Assembly (NCBI GenBank): GCA_963814975.1
Contig: CAWFFB010000020.1
Span: forward strand, 29,202-93,201
Length of the DNA: 64,000 bases
Source: an uncultured Acidobacteriota bacterium
GTDB taxonomy: Bacteria; Acidobacteriota; Vicinamibacteria; Vicinamibacterales; CAVVIG01
Reading direction: 5' to 3'
Positions 9,965-19,615 of the stretch are shown piece by piece (position 1 is the first letter of the stretch; each line of letters starts with the position of its first letter). The translations under genes and the position numbers were made by a program. The notes under the pieces were generated by a model. That model saw only the letters and a list, made by a program, of their open reading frames with translations, was not told where the DNA came from and ran no database searches.

Positions 9965-11026
9965 ATGCTGCCCACAATCGCCCGCGAAGACGACGCCGTC
10001 GTGATGATCGACCAGCGCAAGCTGCCGGCGAAGGAAGTGTTCGTGCGCTGCAAGACCGCCGCCGAGGTCGCGCGCGCCATCAAGACGATGGTGATCCGCG
10101 GCGCTCCGGCGATTGGCGTTGCCGCGGCGATGGGCATCGCGCTGGGAACCAGAAGAAGCAAGGCCACCGGCACCCAGAAGCTCGCGGCCGAGTTCTTCGA
10201 GATCTGCGAGCTCATGGCATCGACCCGTCCGACGGCTGTCAACCTGTTCTGGGCGATCGATCGTATGAAGCGGTCGTTTGCCGCGGCCGTCGAAGCGGGC
10301 GAATCGGTCGAACAGATCAAGGACCGTCTGGATCGCGAAGCGAATGCGATACACGACGAGGACGTCGCCAGTTGCCGGGCGATGGGCGCGTTCGGCGCCG
10401 CCGTGGTACCTCACGGTGCGCGCATCCTGACGCATTGCAATGCCGGAGCACTGGCGACTGCCGGCTACGGTACCGCGCTTGGCGTGGTCCGAGCCGCCGT
10501 CGAAGCTGGCAAGCAGATAACGGTCGTCGCCGACGAGACCAGGCCCTTTCTGCAAGGCGCGCGGCTCACCGCATGGGAGCTGGTTCGTGACGGCATCGAC
10601 ACCACCGTCATCACCGACAACATGGCGGGCGCGCTGATGAGCAGGGGCCAGCTTGATATCGTGGTGGTCGGAGCCGACCGGATCGCCGCAAACGGCGACA
10701 CCGCGAACAAGATCGGCACCTATACCGTCGCCGTCCTGGCCCGCGAGCACAACATCCCGTTCTACGTCGCCGCCCCGCTGTCGACCATCGATCTGAATAC
10801 CGTGGATGGCCGGGAGATCCCGATCGAGGAGCGCAATCCACGCGAGGTCAGCCATCTCGGCGGCAGTCAGCTGACGCCGAACGGTGCCCACATTCGCAAT
10901 CCTGCATTCGACGTGACACCGCACCACCTCATTGCCGGCATCATCACCGAGCGCGGCATCTGCCGTGCGCCCTACACCGAGTCGCTGAAGCAGGCCTGCG
11001 AAACCGAAGTGGCGCGCCTTACGTAA
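9965..11026 (+). CDS. mtnA: S-methyl-5-thioribose-1-phosphate isomerase
   Basis: Motifs [49 protein letters not shown] and NPAFDVTP. Confidence 0.96.
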   Translation: MLPTIAREDDAVVMIDQRKLPAKEVFVRCKTAAEVARAIKTMVIRGAPAIGVAAAMGIALGTRRSKATGTQKLAAEFFEICELMASTRPTAVNLFWAIDRMKRSFAAAVEAGESVEQIKDRLDREANAIHDEDVASCRAMGAFGAAVVPHGARILTHCNAGALATAGYGTALGVVRAAVEAGKQITVVADETRPFLQGARLTAWELVRDGIDTTVITDNMAGALMSRGQLDIVVVGADRIAANGDTANKIGTYTVAVLAREHNIPFYVAAPLSTIDLNTVDGREIPIEERNPREVSHLGGSQLTPNGAHIRNPAFDVTPHHLIAGIITERGICRAPYTESLKQACETEVARLT

Positions 11027-11034
11027 GAGCTTTC

Positions 11035-11107
11035 ACCAGAAGACACGAAGCGTACGACACACTGAGGTCCTTGAACAGGTTGGCACCAAGCGCGTGTTCT
11101 TCGTGGT
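11035..11107. repeat. Intergenic imperfect palindrome, CACGAAG family
   Basis: ACCAGAAGACACG (11035-11047) versus CGTGTTCTTCGTGGT (11093-11107). Confidence 0.7.
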
Positions 11108-11124
11108 CTTGTGACTTGTTTGTC

Positions 11125-12192
11125 ATGCTGATCTTGGGCATCGAAACATCGTGCGATGAAACCGCGGCCGCCGTGGTCGAGGAGACCGGAGACGCCGCCC
11201 GGCCGTGGGCTATCCGGTCGAATGTCGTCGCATCGCAGGTGCCCATTCATCGCGAGTGGGGCGGCGTCGTCCCGGAACTCGCCTCGCGCCAGCATGTCCG
11301 AGACATCTGTGGCGTCGCCGCCCGCGCGCTCCAGGACGCCGGGACCACCTGGTCGGACCTCGGTGCCGTCGCCGTCACGCAAGGTCCGGGCCTCGTCGGC
11401 TCGCTGCTTGTCGGCGTGTCGTTTGCGAAGGCCGCGGCGGCTGCCACCGGCCTGCCGCTCGTCGCGGTCCATCATCTGGCCGGCCACGTCGAATCGCTGG
11501 TCCTCCAGAATGGTGAGTTGCCGTACCCCTCGGTGGTGCTGGTCGTGTCTGGCGGTCACACCAGCCTGTATCTCGTCGATGAACCTGGTCGCTATCAACT
11601 CCTCAGCCGCACACGCGACGATGCGGCGGGGGAGGCCTACGACAAGGTGGCGAAGTTGCTCGGCCTTGGGTATCCCGGTGGCCCGGTCATCGATCGCCTC
11701 GCCCGGACGGGGAACGACCGTGCGATCCGGTTGCCGACGACTCGATTGACCCATCCAGACCGGAATGCGCCGACGCTGAAAGGGGATCTCGATTTCAGCT
11801 TCAGCGGCCTGAAGACCGCGGTCCTGCGGCACGTGCGCACTCAGCAGCAGCTGCGGGGGGCTGCGGTGCCGCTGTTCACAGAGCACGAGATCGCTGACAT
11901 CTGCGCCAGTTTCCAGCGCGTGGTCATCGCGGCGCTCGTCGAGCGCACCTTTGATGCGGCGCGCCGACATCACGCGAAGAGCATCGGCGTCGCCGGCGGA
12001 GTGTCCGCAAACAGCCGTCTCCGGGAAGAGTTCGCGGCGCGCGGCAAGGCGCGTGAGATGCCGACGTTCGTGCCGAGCTTGCAGCTGTCTACCGATAATG
12101 CAGCGATGATTGCGGCCGCGGGGCTGCGCAAGCTGCGCGCCGGCGTGACGGCGCCGTTCGATCTCAACGCGGATGCAGGGCTGGTGCTCTAA
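11125..12192 (+). CDS. tsaD: tRNA N6-adenosine threonylcarbamoyltransferase subunit TsaD
   Basis: Motifs LGIETSCDET, GGVVPELASRQH, GPGLVGSL, HHLAGH, VSGGHT, DDAAGEAYDK, FSFSGLKT and TDNAAMI. Confidence 0.97.
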   Translation: MLILGIETSCDETAAAVVEETGDAARPWAIRSNVVASQVPIHREWGGVVPELASRQHVRDICGVAARALQDAGTTWSDLGAVAVTQGPGLVGSLLVGVSFAKAAAAATGLPLVAVHHLAGHVESLVLQNGELPYPSVVLVVSGGHTSLYLVDEPGRYQLLSRTRDDAAGEAYDKVAKLLGLGYPGGPVIDRLARTGNDRAIRLPTTRLTHPDRNAPTLKGDLDFSFSGLKTAVLRHVRTQQQLRGAAVPLFTEHEIADICASFQRVVIAALVERTFDAARRHHAKSIGVAGGVSANSRLREEFAARGKAREMPTFVPSLQLSTDNAAMIAAAGLRKLRAGVTAPFDLNADAGLVL

Positions 12193-12301
12193 GGCGCGAA
12201 AGGTGCTTAAGGTGCTAGGGGTGCGTATGGTGCTAAGGTGCTTGGGGTGTTTGGGTGCTTGGGGTGCTGGGGTGCTTGAGGTGCTCGGGCGCTTAGGTGC
12301 C
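12193..12301 (+). repeat. Array of 13 degenerate 8-9 bp units (GGTGCTnn(n)), left arm of an inverted pair
   Basis: GG(T/C)G cores start at 12193, 12202, 12211, 12220, 12229, 12237, 12246, 12254, 12263, 12271, 12280, 12288 and 12296. Confidence 0.9.
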
Positions 12302-12335
12302 AAAGTGCGGGCGTTATGTGCTTCGGTGAGTCGGT

Positions 12336-12705
12336 TTAGTTATCTGGGCTATTCCTGAGATATCGAATCAGGTGCGTAACCGCGGCGATTGCTCGATTAT
12401 AGAGAGGTTCTAGATCCCGAACCGTGTCTTGACTCCAGTATCTGCGAACTGCGCCATCCCGCAGGTGGTCGCGGAGCTCGAGCAGAGAGCCGCGAGCAAC
12501 ACTGGCGTACTGGGCGAACTCACGATGCCGATAGCGAACCAAATCCTTCGGCGATATTCCGAGTGACTGAGCTCGCATCGCGAACCTGATCGCGAAATCT
12601 GCGATCATGAATCGCAGGTCCTTGGGCGGTGATTGCATGCACCCTCTGGCGCAACTCGTCGCTAAGCTGCCAGACAATGAGATCTTCGACGCGGCGAGCT
12701 CCCAT
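12336..12705 (-). CDS. Four-helix-bundle protein (TIGR02436 / 23S rRNA IVS-protein family), one extra base near 12538
   Basis: MGARRVEDLIVWQLSDEL...FRDQVRDASSVTRNIAEGFG joins RYRHREFAQYASVARGSLLEL...LIRYL after removing one T (GGT T CGC). The EDLxVWQ, NIAEGxGR and ARGSLxE motifs are typical of the family. Confidence 0.88.
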
Positions 12706-12759
12706 TCGCGCCGGATCGAGCATCCACTGTGCCAGTACATTTCCGATCCAGCCTCTCGT

Positions 12760-12830
12760 GCGCCCGAAGCCCCGAAGCACTCAAAGCCCCGAAGCCCCCA
12801 AGCACCCGAAGCACCCAAGCACCTAAGCAC
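12760..12830 (-). repeat. Array of about 9 degenerate 7-9 bp units (nnAGCACC), right arm, inverted relative to 12193-12301
   Basis: GC(A/C/G)C(C/T) cores at 12760, 12769, 12777, 12786, 12794, 12801, 12810, 12818 and 12826. Confidence 0.88.
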
Positions 12831-12850
12831 CTTTACCCCCTAGCCACCCT

Positions 12851-13279
12851 ATGCTTGTGCATACCGACTACCTCTGGTTCAACACCAAGAAGCGGCAGGA
12901 ATTCATCCGCATCACCGACGAAGTGGCCGCGGTCGTCAGCAAGAGCGGCGTCACGGACGGGACCGTGCTGGTGTCCGCCATGCACATCACCTCCGGCGTG
13001 TACGTCAATGACTGGGAGGATGGACTGATCCACGACTTCCAGACCTGGCTCGAGACACTCGCGCCGGCGGGCCTCAATTATCGGCATCATCAGACAGGCG
13101 AGGACAACGCCGATGCGCACCTCAAACGGACGATCATGGGCCATCAGGTCGTCTTGCCCATAACCAGCGGTAAGCTCGATCTCGGGCCGTGGGAGCAGGT
13201 GTTCTACGCGGAATTCGACGGCCAGCGCAAGAAGCGGGTCGTGGTCAAGGTGATGGGCATCTCGGGCCTTGAAACATGA
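12851..13279 (+). CDS. yjbQ: YjbQ / UPF0047 family protein
   Basis: Motifs [28 protein letters not shown] and [18 protein letters not shown]. Confidence 0.92.
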   Translation: MLVHTDYLWFNTKKRQEFIRITDEVAAVVSKSGVTDGTVLVSAMHITSGVYVNDWEDGLIHDFQTWLETLAPAGLNYRHHQTGEDNADAHLKRTIMGHQVVLPITSGKLDLGPWEQVFYAEFDGQRKKRVVVKVMGISGLET

Positions 13280-13713
13280 CCGATCTCAGGCACTATCCGG
13301 CGCGACCGATCGTGGGCGTCGGGGCGGTCATCCTCGACGGCCCGCGCGTCCTCCTGGTCAGGCGCGCGCATGAGCCGCTCAAAGGCGAATGGAGTCTTCC
13401 GGGGGGCGCCGTAGAGCTCGGGGAAACGCTCGAAACCGCGCTGGCGCGCGAAGTGATCGAGGAGACGGGTCTCGAAGTCGTGGTCGGACCGGTCGTGGAG
13501 GTCATCGATCGCGTGCAGCGCGCTCCCGACGGTCGCGTCGAGTATCACTTCGTGATCGTCGATTACCTGTGCACCGTTCGGGCTGGCGTCGCGGCGCACG
13601 GTTCGGATGCGTCGGATGTACGCTGGGTGCCCGTTTCGGAGTTGGCCGCTCACCAGGTGACCAGCAAAGCGATCGAAGTCATTCTGAAGGCCGTTGACCT
13701 CCAGGGGCGGTAG
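13276..13713 (+). CDS. NUDIX hydrolase
   Basis: Nudix box [23 protein letters not shown]. Confidence 0.93.
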   Translation: MTDLRHYPARPIVGVGAVILDGPRVLLVRRAHEPLKGEWSLPGGAVELGETLETALAREVIEETGLEVVVGPVVEVIDRVQRAPDGRVEYHFVIVDYLCTVRAGVAAHGSDASDVRWVPVSELAAHQVTSKAIEVILKAVDLQGR

Positions 13714-15178
13714 CTGGCTCACGGGTCCGCCAGGCGAAGTAGACGGGCACGCCCAGCAGCACGATGACCAACCCGGGCCATGTCGTCGCTGTCCGGTAGA
13801 TGAACAGGACGAGCAGGATGGTGCTCGCGCCCGCGATGTAGAGCGCCGGCAGGAGGGGGTACCCGAACGCACGATACGGCCGCTCGATGGCGGGCCGCGT
13901 CCGCCGCAACCGGAAGAGCCCGGCAATCGTGAGGATATAGAAAATCAGCGCGGCCGAGATGACGTAGTCGAGCAAATTGCTGTACAGGTTGCCGTAAGCC
14001 CGCGTCGCCGGATTGTAGGTCCGCGGCAGCACGAGAAGAACCGCCCAGAGCCCCTGCAACACCAGGCCCCACGCCGGTACTCTCGCGTGGTTCAAACGGC
14101 CGGCGGCGCGGAAGAACAGCCCGTCCCGAGCCATCGCATAGTACGCGCGCGCGCCCGCCAGGATCAGGCCGTTGTTGCACCCAAACGTCGAGACGACGAT
14201 CGCGACCGCCATCATCGCGGCGCCGGCGCCGGGAAAGACAGCGTCGAGAGTCGCCGTGGCGACGCGATCCGCCGGAGCGTGCTGAATCGCGGCGAAGGGC
14301 AGCGTCACCAGATAGGCGACGTTGACGAGCAGGTACAGGCCGATCACCGTCGAGGCCCCGAGCGCGAGCGACAGCGGGATGTTTCGCCTTGGATCCTTCA
14401 CTTCTCCGGCGGTGAACGTGATGTTGTTCCAGGCGTCGGCGGAGAAGAGCGACCCGGTCTGCGACACGCAGATCGCGACGAACAGGCCGACTGCGGTGAT
14501 GGCCGACAGGCCCGGCACGATGTCGATGACGCCGCGCGGCGTCCACATGTTGCCGAAGTTGTCGGACACCGCCGCTTGGTTCCAGCCAAGCAGCAGGCCG
14601 GCGAGGATCAACGCGATGACCGCGCCGGTCTTGGCGGTGGTGAACACATTCTGGATGACGCGCCCGTATTCGAGCCCCCGCGTGTTGGTCCAGGTGAGGA
14701 GCGCGATCAGCACGATGCCGACCAGTTGCGTGGTGGACAAGGAGAGCGCGTAGCCGGCGCTCAGGTGGATCGGCTCGAGCAGGTACCGATCGTCGGAGAT
14801 CCACGGGATCAGGACGCCGGAGTATCGGGCGAAGCCGACGGCAACCGCGGCAATGGTTCCGGTCTGGATGACCAGGAACAGCGTCCACCCGTACAGAAAA
14901 CCCCACAGCGGGGAAAATGCCTCGCGCAAGTACACGTATTGCCCACCGGCGCGCGGCATCATCGCGGCGAGCTCGCCGTAGGCGAGCGCGCCCACGACAG
15001 TGAGCACTCCCGCCACGAGCCAGGCCACCAGCAGCCAGCCGGCACTCCCGACGTTGCGGGCCATATCGGCCGACACGATGAAGATGCCGGAGCCGATCAT
15101 CGATCCGACGACGACCATCGTCGAGTCGTAGAGGCCGAGGCCACGATTGAATTCGGTGTCGAGCGCGGTTGCCGCCAT
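13679..15178 (-). CDS. APC-family amino acid permease
   Basis: Motifs VVGSMIGSGIF, YGELAAMMPRAGGQYVYLREAF and GEVKDPRRNIP; about 12 hydrophobic segments. Confidence 0.93.
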   Translation of the reverse strand: MAATALDTEFNRGLGLYDSTMVVVGSMIGSGIFIVSADMARNVGSAGWLLVAWLVAGVLTVVGALAYGELAAMMPRAGGQYVYLREAFSPLWGFLYGWTLFLVIQTGTIAAVAVGFARYSGVLIPWISDDRYLLEPIHLSAGYALSLSTTQLVGIVLIALLTWTNTRGLEYGRVIQNVFTTAKTGAVIALILAGLLLGWNQAAVSDNFGNMWTPRGVIDIVPGLSAITAVGLFVAICVSQTGSLFSADAWNNITFTAGEVKDPRRNIPLSLALGASTVIGLYLLVNVAYLVTLPFAAIQHAPADRVATATLDAVFPGAGAAMMAVAIVVSTFGCNNGLILAGARAYYAMARDGLFFRAAGRLNHARVPAWGLVLQGLWAVLLVLPRTYNPATRAYGNLYSNLLDYVISAALIFYILTIAGLFRLRRTRPAIERPYRAFGYPLLPALYIAGASTILLVLFIYRTATTWPGLVIVLLGVPVYFAWRTREPATAPGGQRPSE

Positions 15179-15300
15179 GCCGCGTGCCGACGGATTGGTC
15201 ATCAGCCGCTCCTGAACTAAGATTCTGAGACGCTCGACGTTACCTCAGGAGCAGCGGTTCGGCCAAACCGCCGGCGCCGCTTTTCGCGCTTGATGACGCC

Positions 15301-15870
15301 ATGGAATTGACGCGCGCCGCCGCATGGCAATTGCTGACCGAGTACACCCGAAGCGACAGCCTGTTGAAGCACGCGCTCGCCGTCGAGGCCGCGGTGCGCG
15401 GTTACGCGCGCCAGTTCGCCGAGAACGAAGAGGAATGGGGCATTGTCGGGCTCCTGCACGATTTCGACTACGAGCGCTGGCCCAGCCTGGAGGATCATCC
15501 CTTTCGCGGCGCCGAGATTCTCAAGGAGAAGGGCTATCCCGAATGGGTGGTTCGCGCCATCCTGTCCCACGCCGATTACAGCGGCGTGCCGCGCGAGGGA
15601 CGCCTCGAGAAGACGCTCTTCGCCTGCGACGAGATGGCGGGGTTCGTCACGGCGGCCTCGCTCGTGCGCCCGAGCAAGAGCGTGCTCGACCTCGAATCGT
15701 CTTCGGTCGTGAAGCGGATGAAGGACAAGGCATTCGCCAAGGGCGTGAAGCGCGACGATCTGCGTGCCGGCGCCGAACTGCTGGGGCTCCCGCTCGACGA
15801 GCACATCCGCAACGTCATCACCTTCCTGCGCGAGCGGGCGGACGACCTCGGACTGCGTGGCAGCCTGTAA
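15301..15870 (+). CDS. HDIG / HD-domain metal-dependent phosphohydrolase
   Basis: Motifs KHALAVE, GLLHDFDYE, AILSH and LFACDE. Confidence 0.9.
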   Translation: MELTRAAAWQLLTEYTRSDSLLKHALAVEAAVRGYARQFAENEEEWGIVGLLHDFDYERWPSLEDHPFRGAEILKEKGYPEWVVRAILSHADYSGVPREGRLEKTLFACDEMAGFVTAASLVRPSKSVLDLESSSVVKRMKDKAFAKGVKRDDLRAGAELLGLPLDEHIRNVITFLRERADDLGLRGSL

Positions 15871-15890
15871 CCGGATCCTTCGAGCCCCTG

Positions 15891-16862
15891 GTGCCAGACA
15901 CCGACACTGAAGTTTCCGTTCGCGACCCGGTGGTGACGCTCGATGCCGTCACCGTGGCGTATGGTCGGCAGCCGGCGCTGCAGGAGGTGACCGCGTCCTT
16001 CGCCGCCGGCGCCGTCGGGTTGCTCGGACCGAACGGGGCCGGCAAGAGCACCATGATCAAGGCGCTGCTCGGCTTCATGGTGCCGGCCCGGGGACGCATC
16101 CAGGTCCTCGGGCTCGACGTTGCGGTGTCGCCGCTCGAGATCCGGAGGCGGGTCGGCTACATGCCCGAGAGCGACGCGCACATTCCCGGCATGAACGCCG
16201 TCTCCTTCGTGGCGTATTGCGGCGAATTGTCAGGACTCCCGCGCGCCGATTCGATCCAGCGCGCGCACGAAGCGCTGTTCTACGTCGGTCTCGGGGAGGC
16301 ACGCTATCGCAACGTGGAAACGTATTCGACCGGGATGAAGCAGCGCATCAAGCTGGCGCAGGCCCTGGTGCACGACCCGGATCTGCTGTTTCTCGACGAG
16401 CCCACCAACGGCATGGACCCCAAGGGCCGGGACGAGATGCTCGACCTGGTGTGCGACCTCGTGCGCGAGAAGGGCATCAACCTGGTTCTCTCGTCTCATC
16501 TGATGCCCGACGTCGAACGCACGTGCGATCACGTGATCGTCATGGATAAAGGACGGATCGCGGCACAGGGTTCGATTGCGGCCCTCAAGCAGGCGCGCGG
16601 GCGCGTCTACGAGTTGCGGGTGAAGGCATCGGCGGATTCCGTGACGGTGCCGATCTTCGTCGAACAGCTGCACGCGGCCGGCTTCGAGTGTCACGCCACA
16701 GACGACGACGTGATGCGGGTCTTCGTTCCTGGCGAGGGCGGCGCCCGCCAGTTGTTCGTGCTCGCCGCCGCGGCCGGCGTGCAGGTTCGTCACCTCCGCC
16801 CGAGTGTTCCGACGCTCGAGGACGTGTTCGCGAAAGCGGTTGGAGAGGCACAGGGCGGCTAA
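15891..16862 (+). CDS. ABC transporter ATP-binding protein
   Basis: Walker A GPNGAGKS, signature YSTGMKQR and Walker B LLFLDEP. The start is approximate (GTG 15891); the longer ORF extension overlaps the upstream gene. Confidence 0.92.
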   Translation: MPDTDTEVSVRDPVVTLDAVTVAYGRQPALQEVTASFAAGAVGLLGPNGAGKSTMIKALLGFMVPARGRIQVLGLDVAVSPLEIRRRVGYMPESDAHIPGMNAVSFVAYCGELSGLPRADSIQRAHEALFYVGLGEARYRNVETYSTGMKQRIKLAQALVHDPDLLFLDEPTNGMDPKGRDEMLDLVCDLVREKGINLVLSSHLMPDVERTCDHVIVMDKGRIAAQGSIAALKQARGRVYELRVKASADSVTVPIFVEQLHAAGFECHATDDDVMRVFVPGEGGARQLFVLAAAAGVQVRHLRPSVPTLEDVFAKAVGEAQGG

Positions 16863-16936
16863 CCACGAAGATTCAAAGCGCACGAAGCCTCATCGGGACG
16901 AATCGGTGCTTCGCGTTCGCTGTGGCTTCATGGGTT
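16861..16936. repeat. Intergenic imperfect palindrome, CACGAAG family
   Basis: AACCACGAAG...GCGCACGAAGC versus GTGCTTCGCGTTCGC...CTTCATGGGTT. Confidence 0.7.
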
Positions 16937-16970
16937 GGAGTCGGTGCGTTGAAAAGGTGTTCGAAACCGT

Positions 16971-17810
16971 ATGCCCATTCATGATCAAGGCTACCGCCGG
17001 TACGGTGGACGCCGCGTTCCGCTTGGGCGTGCGTGGGCGGTGATTGCGTTGGCCGGCATCCGTACCGTGCTCGGCCAACGCCGGTTCATCGGGCTGCTCA
17101 TTCTCGCGTGGATTCCCTTCGTCGTCCGCGCGGTGCAGTTTTATTTCGCGGTCAACCTGCCGCAAGCGGCGTTCCTGACGCCGACGGCCGGGACCTTCCG
17201 CGAATTCCTCGATCAACAGCAGATCTTCGTATTCTTCATTACCGTATCGGTCGGCGCCGGGCTCATCGCGAACGACCGGCGCGCCAACGCGCTCCAGATC
17301 TACCTGTCCAGGCCGCTGTCGCGATGGGAATACGTGGCCGGCAAGCTGGCCATCCTGATGGCGTTTCTTCTCCTCGTCACGTGGGTGCCGGCCATTGCGC
17401 TGCTCCTCGTCCAGGTGCTCTTCGCCGGAAACTTCGGTTTCTTTCGGACCAATCTCTACCTGTTTCCCGCGATCACCCTCTTCTCGTTCATCGAGGCGAT
17501 CATGATCGCCACCTCGATGCTCGCCCTTTCCTCGCTGTCGAACAGCAGCCGGTACGTCAGCATTCTGTATACGGCGCTCATCTTTTTCACGCCGGCGCTG
17601 TTCGGCGTCCTGCGGCTGGTCACTGGCAGCTCGGCGATCTCGTTGATGTCGTTCCCGGCGAACCTGCGTCAGGTCGGCAACGCCATTTTTCGTCTTCCCT
17701 TGCCGTACGACACACCGTGGGAGGTGTCGCTGCTGATGATCGTCGGCCTGATCGTCGGCTCCGTACTGATCCTCGAGCGTCGCGTCCGCGGCGTAGAGGT
17801 GATCGTGTGA
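16971..17810 (+). CDS. ABC-2 type transporter permease
   Basis: About 6 TM segments; motif GLIANDRRANALQIYLSRPLSRWEYVAGK. Confidence 0.88.
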   Translation: MPIHDQGYRRYGGRRVPLGRAWAVIALAGIRTVLGQRRFIGLLILAWIPFVVRAVQFYFAVNLPQAAFLTPTAGTFREFLDQQQIFVFFITVSVGAGLIANDRRANALQIYLSRPLSRWEYVAGKLAILMAFLLLVTWVPAIALLLVQVLFAGNFGFFRTNLYLFPAITLFSFIEAIMIATSMLALSSLSNSSRYVSILYTALIFFTPALFGVLRLVTGSSAISLMSFPANLRQVGNAIFRLPLPYDTPWEVSLLMIVGLIVGSVLILERRVRGVEVIV

Positions 17811-18736
17811 GCGAAGAGCGAGGGATCATCGAGGCGCAGAATGTCTCCAAATGGTACGGTCAGGTCATCGGTCTGAACGACGTCTCGATGAGCGTGCCCG
17901 CGGGTATCACCGGCCTTCTCGGGCCGAACGGCGCGGGCAAGTCGACGCTGATGAAGCTGATGACGGGCCAGCTGAAGCCGAGCCAGGGCCAGATCACCGT
18001 CCTCGGCGAGCGCATCTGGCAGAACCCCACCCTGTACTTCCGCATCGGGTTCTGCCCCGAGCAGGACGGGTTCTACGAGCGCATGACCGGCCTCGAGTGG
18101 CTGACGGCGCTGGTCCGGCTCAATGGCGCCGGCGACCGTGAGGCAGCCGAGATGGCCGCCCGCGCTCTCGAGCTCGTCGACCTCACCCCTGCCGCCGGAA
18201 AAAAGATCGGCGCGTACAGCAAAGGCATGCGGCAGCGTGTGAAGCTGGCGCAGGCGCTCGCGCACGATCCGGAGCTCCTGATCCTGGATGAGCCACTGGC
18301 GGGCATGGATCCGATCGCGCGCCGCAAGGCGATTCGGTTGATCAGGGACTGGGGCCGGTCGGGTAAGAGCGTCGTGGTCTCGAGCCACGTCCTTCACGAG
18401 ATTGAGTCGATGACGTCCAGTATCCTGCTGATGAATCAAGGACGGATCCTGGCCGAGGGGAACGTCCATCAGATTCGGGACCTCATCGACAGGCATCCCC
18501 ACACCGTCCACATCAAAGCGGACGAGACGCGCGCGCTGGCCCGAGAGTTTCTCGCCGCCGCCGACGTGCTCAGTCTGAAATTCGAGGATCAGGCGCTCGT
18601 GATTCAGACCTCGCGGCCTGACGCGTTCTATGCGCGGCTCACCGCCTATGCCGCCTCCGGTGAGTTCGGCGCAATTCATGAGATCACCTCGCCCGACGAC
18701 AACCTGCAGGCGGTCTTCCAGTATCTGGTGAAATGA
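17807..18736 (+). CDS. ABC transporter ATP-binding protein
   Basis: GPNGAGKS, YSKGMRQR and LILDEP. GTG start overlaps the previous stop (GTGA). Confidence 0.92.
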   Translation: MSEERGIIEAQNVSKWYGQVIGLNDVSMSVPAGITGLLGPNGAGKSTLMKLMTGQLKPSQGQITVLGERIWQNPTLYFRIGFCPEQDGFYERMTGLEWLTALVRLNGAGDREAAEMAARALELVDLTPAAGKKIGAYSKGMRQRVKLAQALAHDPELLILDEPLAGMDPIARRKAIRLIRDWGRSGKSVVVSSHVLHEIESMTSSILLMNQGRILAEGNVHQIRDLIDRHPHTVHIKADETRALAREFLAAADVLSLKFEDQALVIQTSRPDAFYARLTAYAASGEFGAIHEITSPDDNLQAVFQYLVK

Positions 18737-19581
18737 TGGCTCCGTCCCCGCCAGGCCGACCTGGCGTCCTGACGTCAGCGCTCAGGATTTTCGATCTGTC
18801 ACTCAACCAGATGCTCTGGTCGCGCCGGTCGGTGTTCCTGGCGCTCCTGGTTGGCGGGCCGGTACTTCTCGCCGCGGCCATCAGGCTGGCGACGGATCTG
18901 GCGCCCCTCTTTCTCCACGCCCGCAGGGATCCACCGATCGAGGGCGCGACGCTGTTTGGGATGATGATCTGGCTGCTGTACGTCCGCATCATCGTCCCGG
19001 TGCTGGGCGTCTTCTACGGCACGGCACTGATCGCGGACGAAGTCGACGACAAGACGATTACGTATCTGTTCACCCGTCCGATTCCGCGGCGCGCGGTCCT
19101 AATCGGTAAATACCTCTCGTACCTGGCGTGCACGACGCTGCTGCTGCTGCCATCGGTGGTCGCGGTGTATTTCCTCATCGTGCCCATCAACGAAGGCAGC
19201 ATTGGTCGATCATTCCCATTGCTGGTCGCGGATCTCGGGGTGCTCGTAGCCGGCTTGATTGCATACGGCGCGGTGTTCGCGCTGGTGGGCGCCAGGCTCA
19301 AGCGACCGTTGGTCCTCGGGCTGGTATTCGCATTCGGCTGGGAGCCGGGCGTCCTGCTGGTACCGGGCTACCTGAAGCGGGCCACCGTGGCGTATTATCT
19401 TCAGGCACTCCTCCCGCATGAGATGCCGCTGGACCCGGGGACGATCGGCGTCTTGACGCAGATGTTCGACCGATTTCCCTCCGCAACCGAGAGCCTCGCC
19501 TGGCTGGCGGCGGCGACCGTGAGTGCGCTCTGGCGGGCGAGCAGGGCCGTTGAGAATCGGGAATACGTGCTGGAACAGTAG
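18733..19581 (+). CDS. ABC-2 type transporter permease
   Basis: TM-rich; motif IADEVDDKTITYLFTRPIPRRAVLIGKY. Confidence 0.88.
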   Translation: MMAPSPPGRPGVLTSALRIFDLSLNQMLWSRRSVFLALLVGGPVLLAAAIRLATDLAPLFLHARRDPPIEGATLFGMMIWLLYVRIIVPVLGVFYGTALIADEVDDKTITYLFTRPIPRRAVLIGKYLSYLACTTLLLLPSVVAVYFLIVPINEGSIGRSFPLLVADLGVLVAGLIAYGAVFALVGARLKRPLVLGLVFAFGWEPGVLLVPGYLKRATVAYYLQALLPHEMPLDPGTIGVLTQMFDRFPSATESLAWLAAATVSALWRASRAVENREYVLEQ

Positions 19582-19615
19582 CGATCGCTGCATCGTCCAA
19601 GAACCTCGAGACCTC

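Noticed and set aside
12173-12358. Short ORFs with repetitive peptides (also 28178-28603, 55770-56153 N-terminus, 26448 N-terminus)
   Set aside because: They are translations of the DNA repeat arrays rather than credible proteins.
12193-12830. CRISPR array or DGR interpretation of the repeats and the Avd-like gene
   Set aside because: The units are 8-9 bp with no unique spacers and no cas genes. There is no reverse transcriptase or template/variable repeat pair in the window.
15324-15890. Apparent 190-aa N-terminal extension of the ABC ATPase
   Set aside because: It overlaps the HD-domain gene in another frame and is low-complexity. The true start is near 15891.
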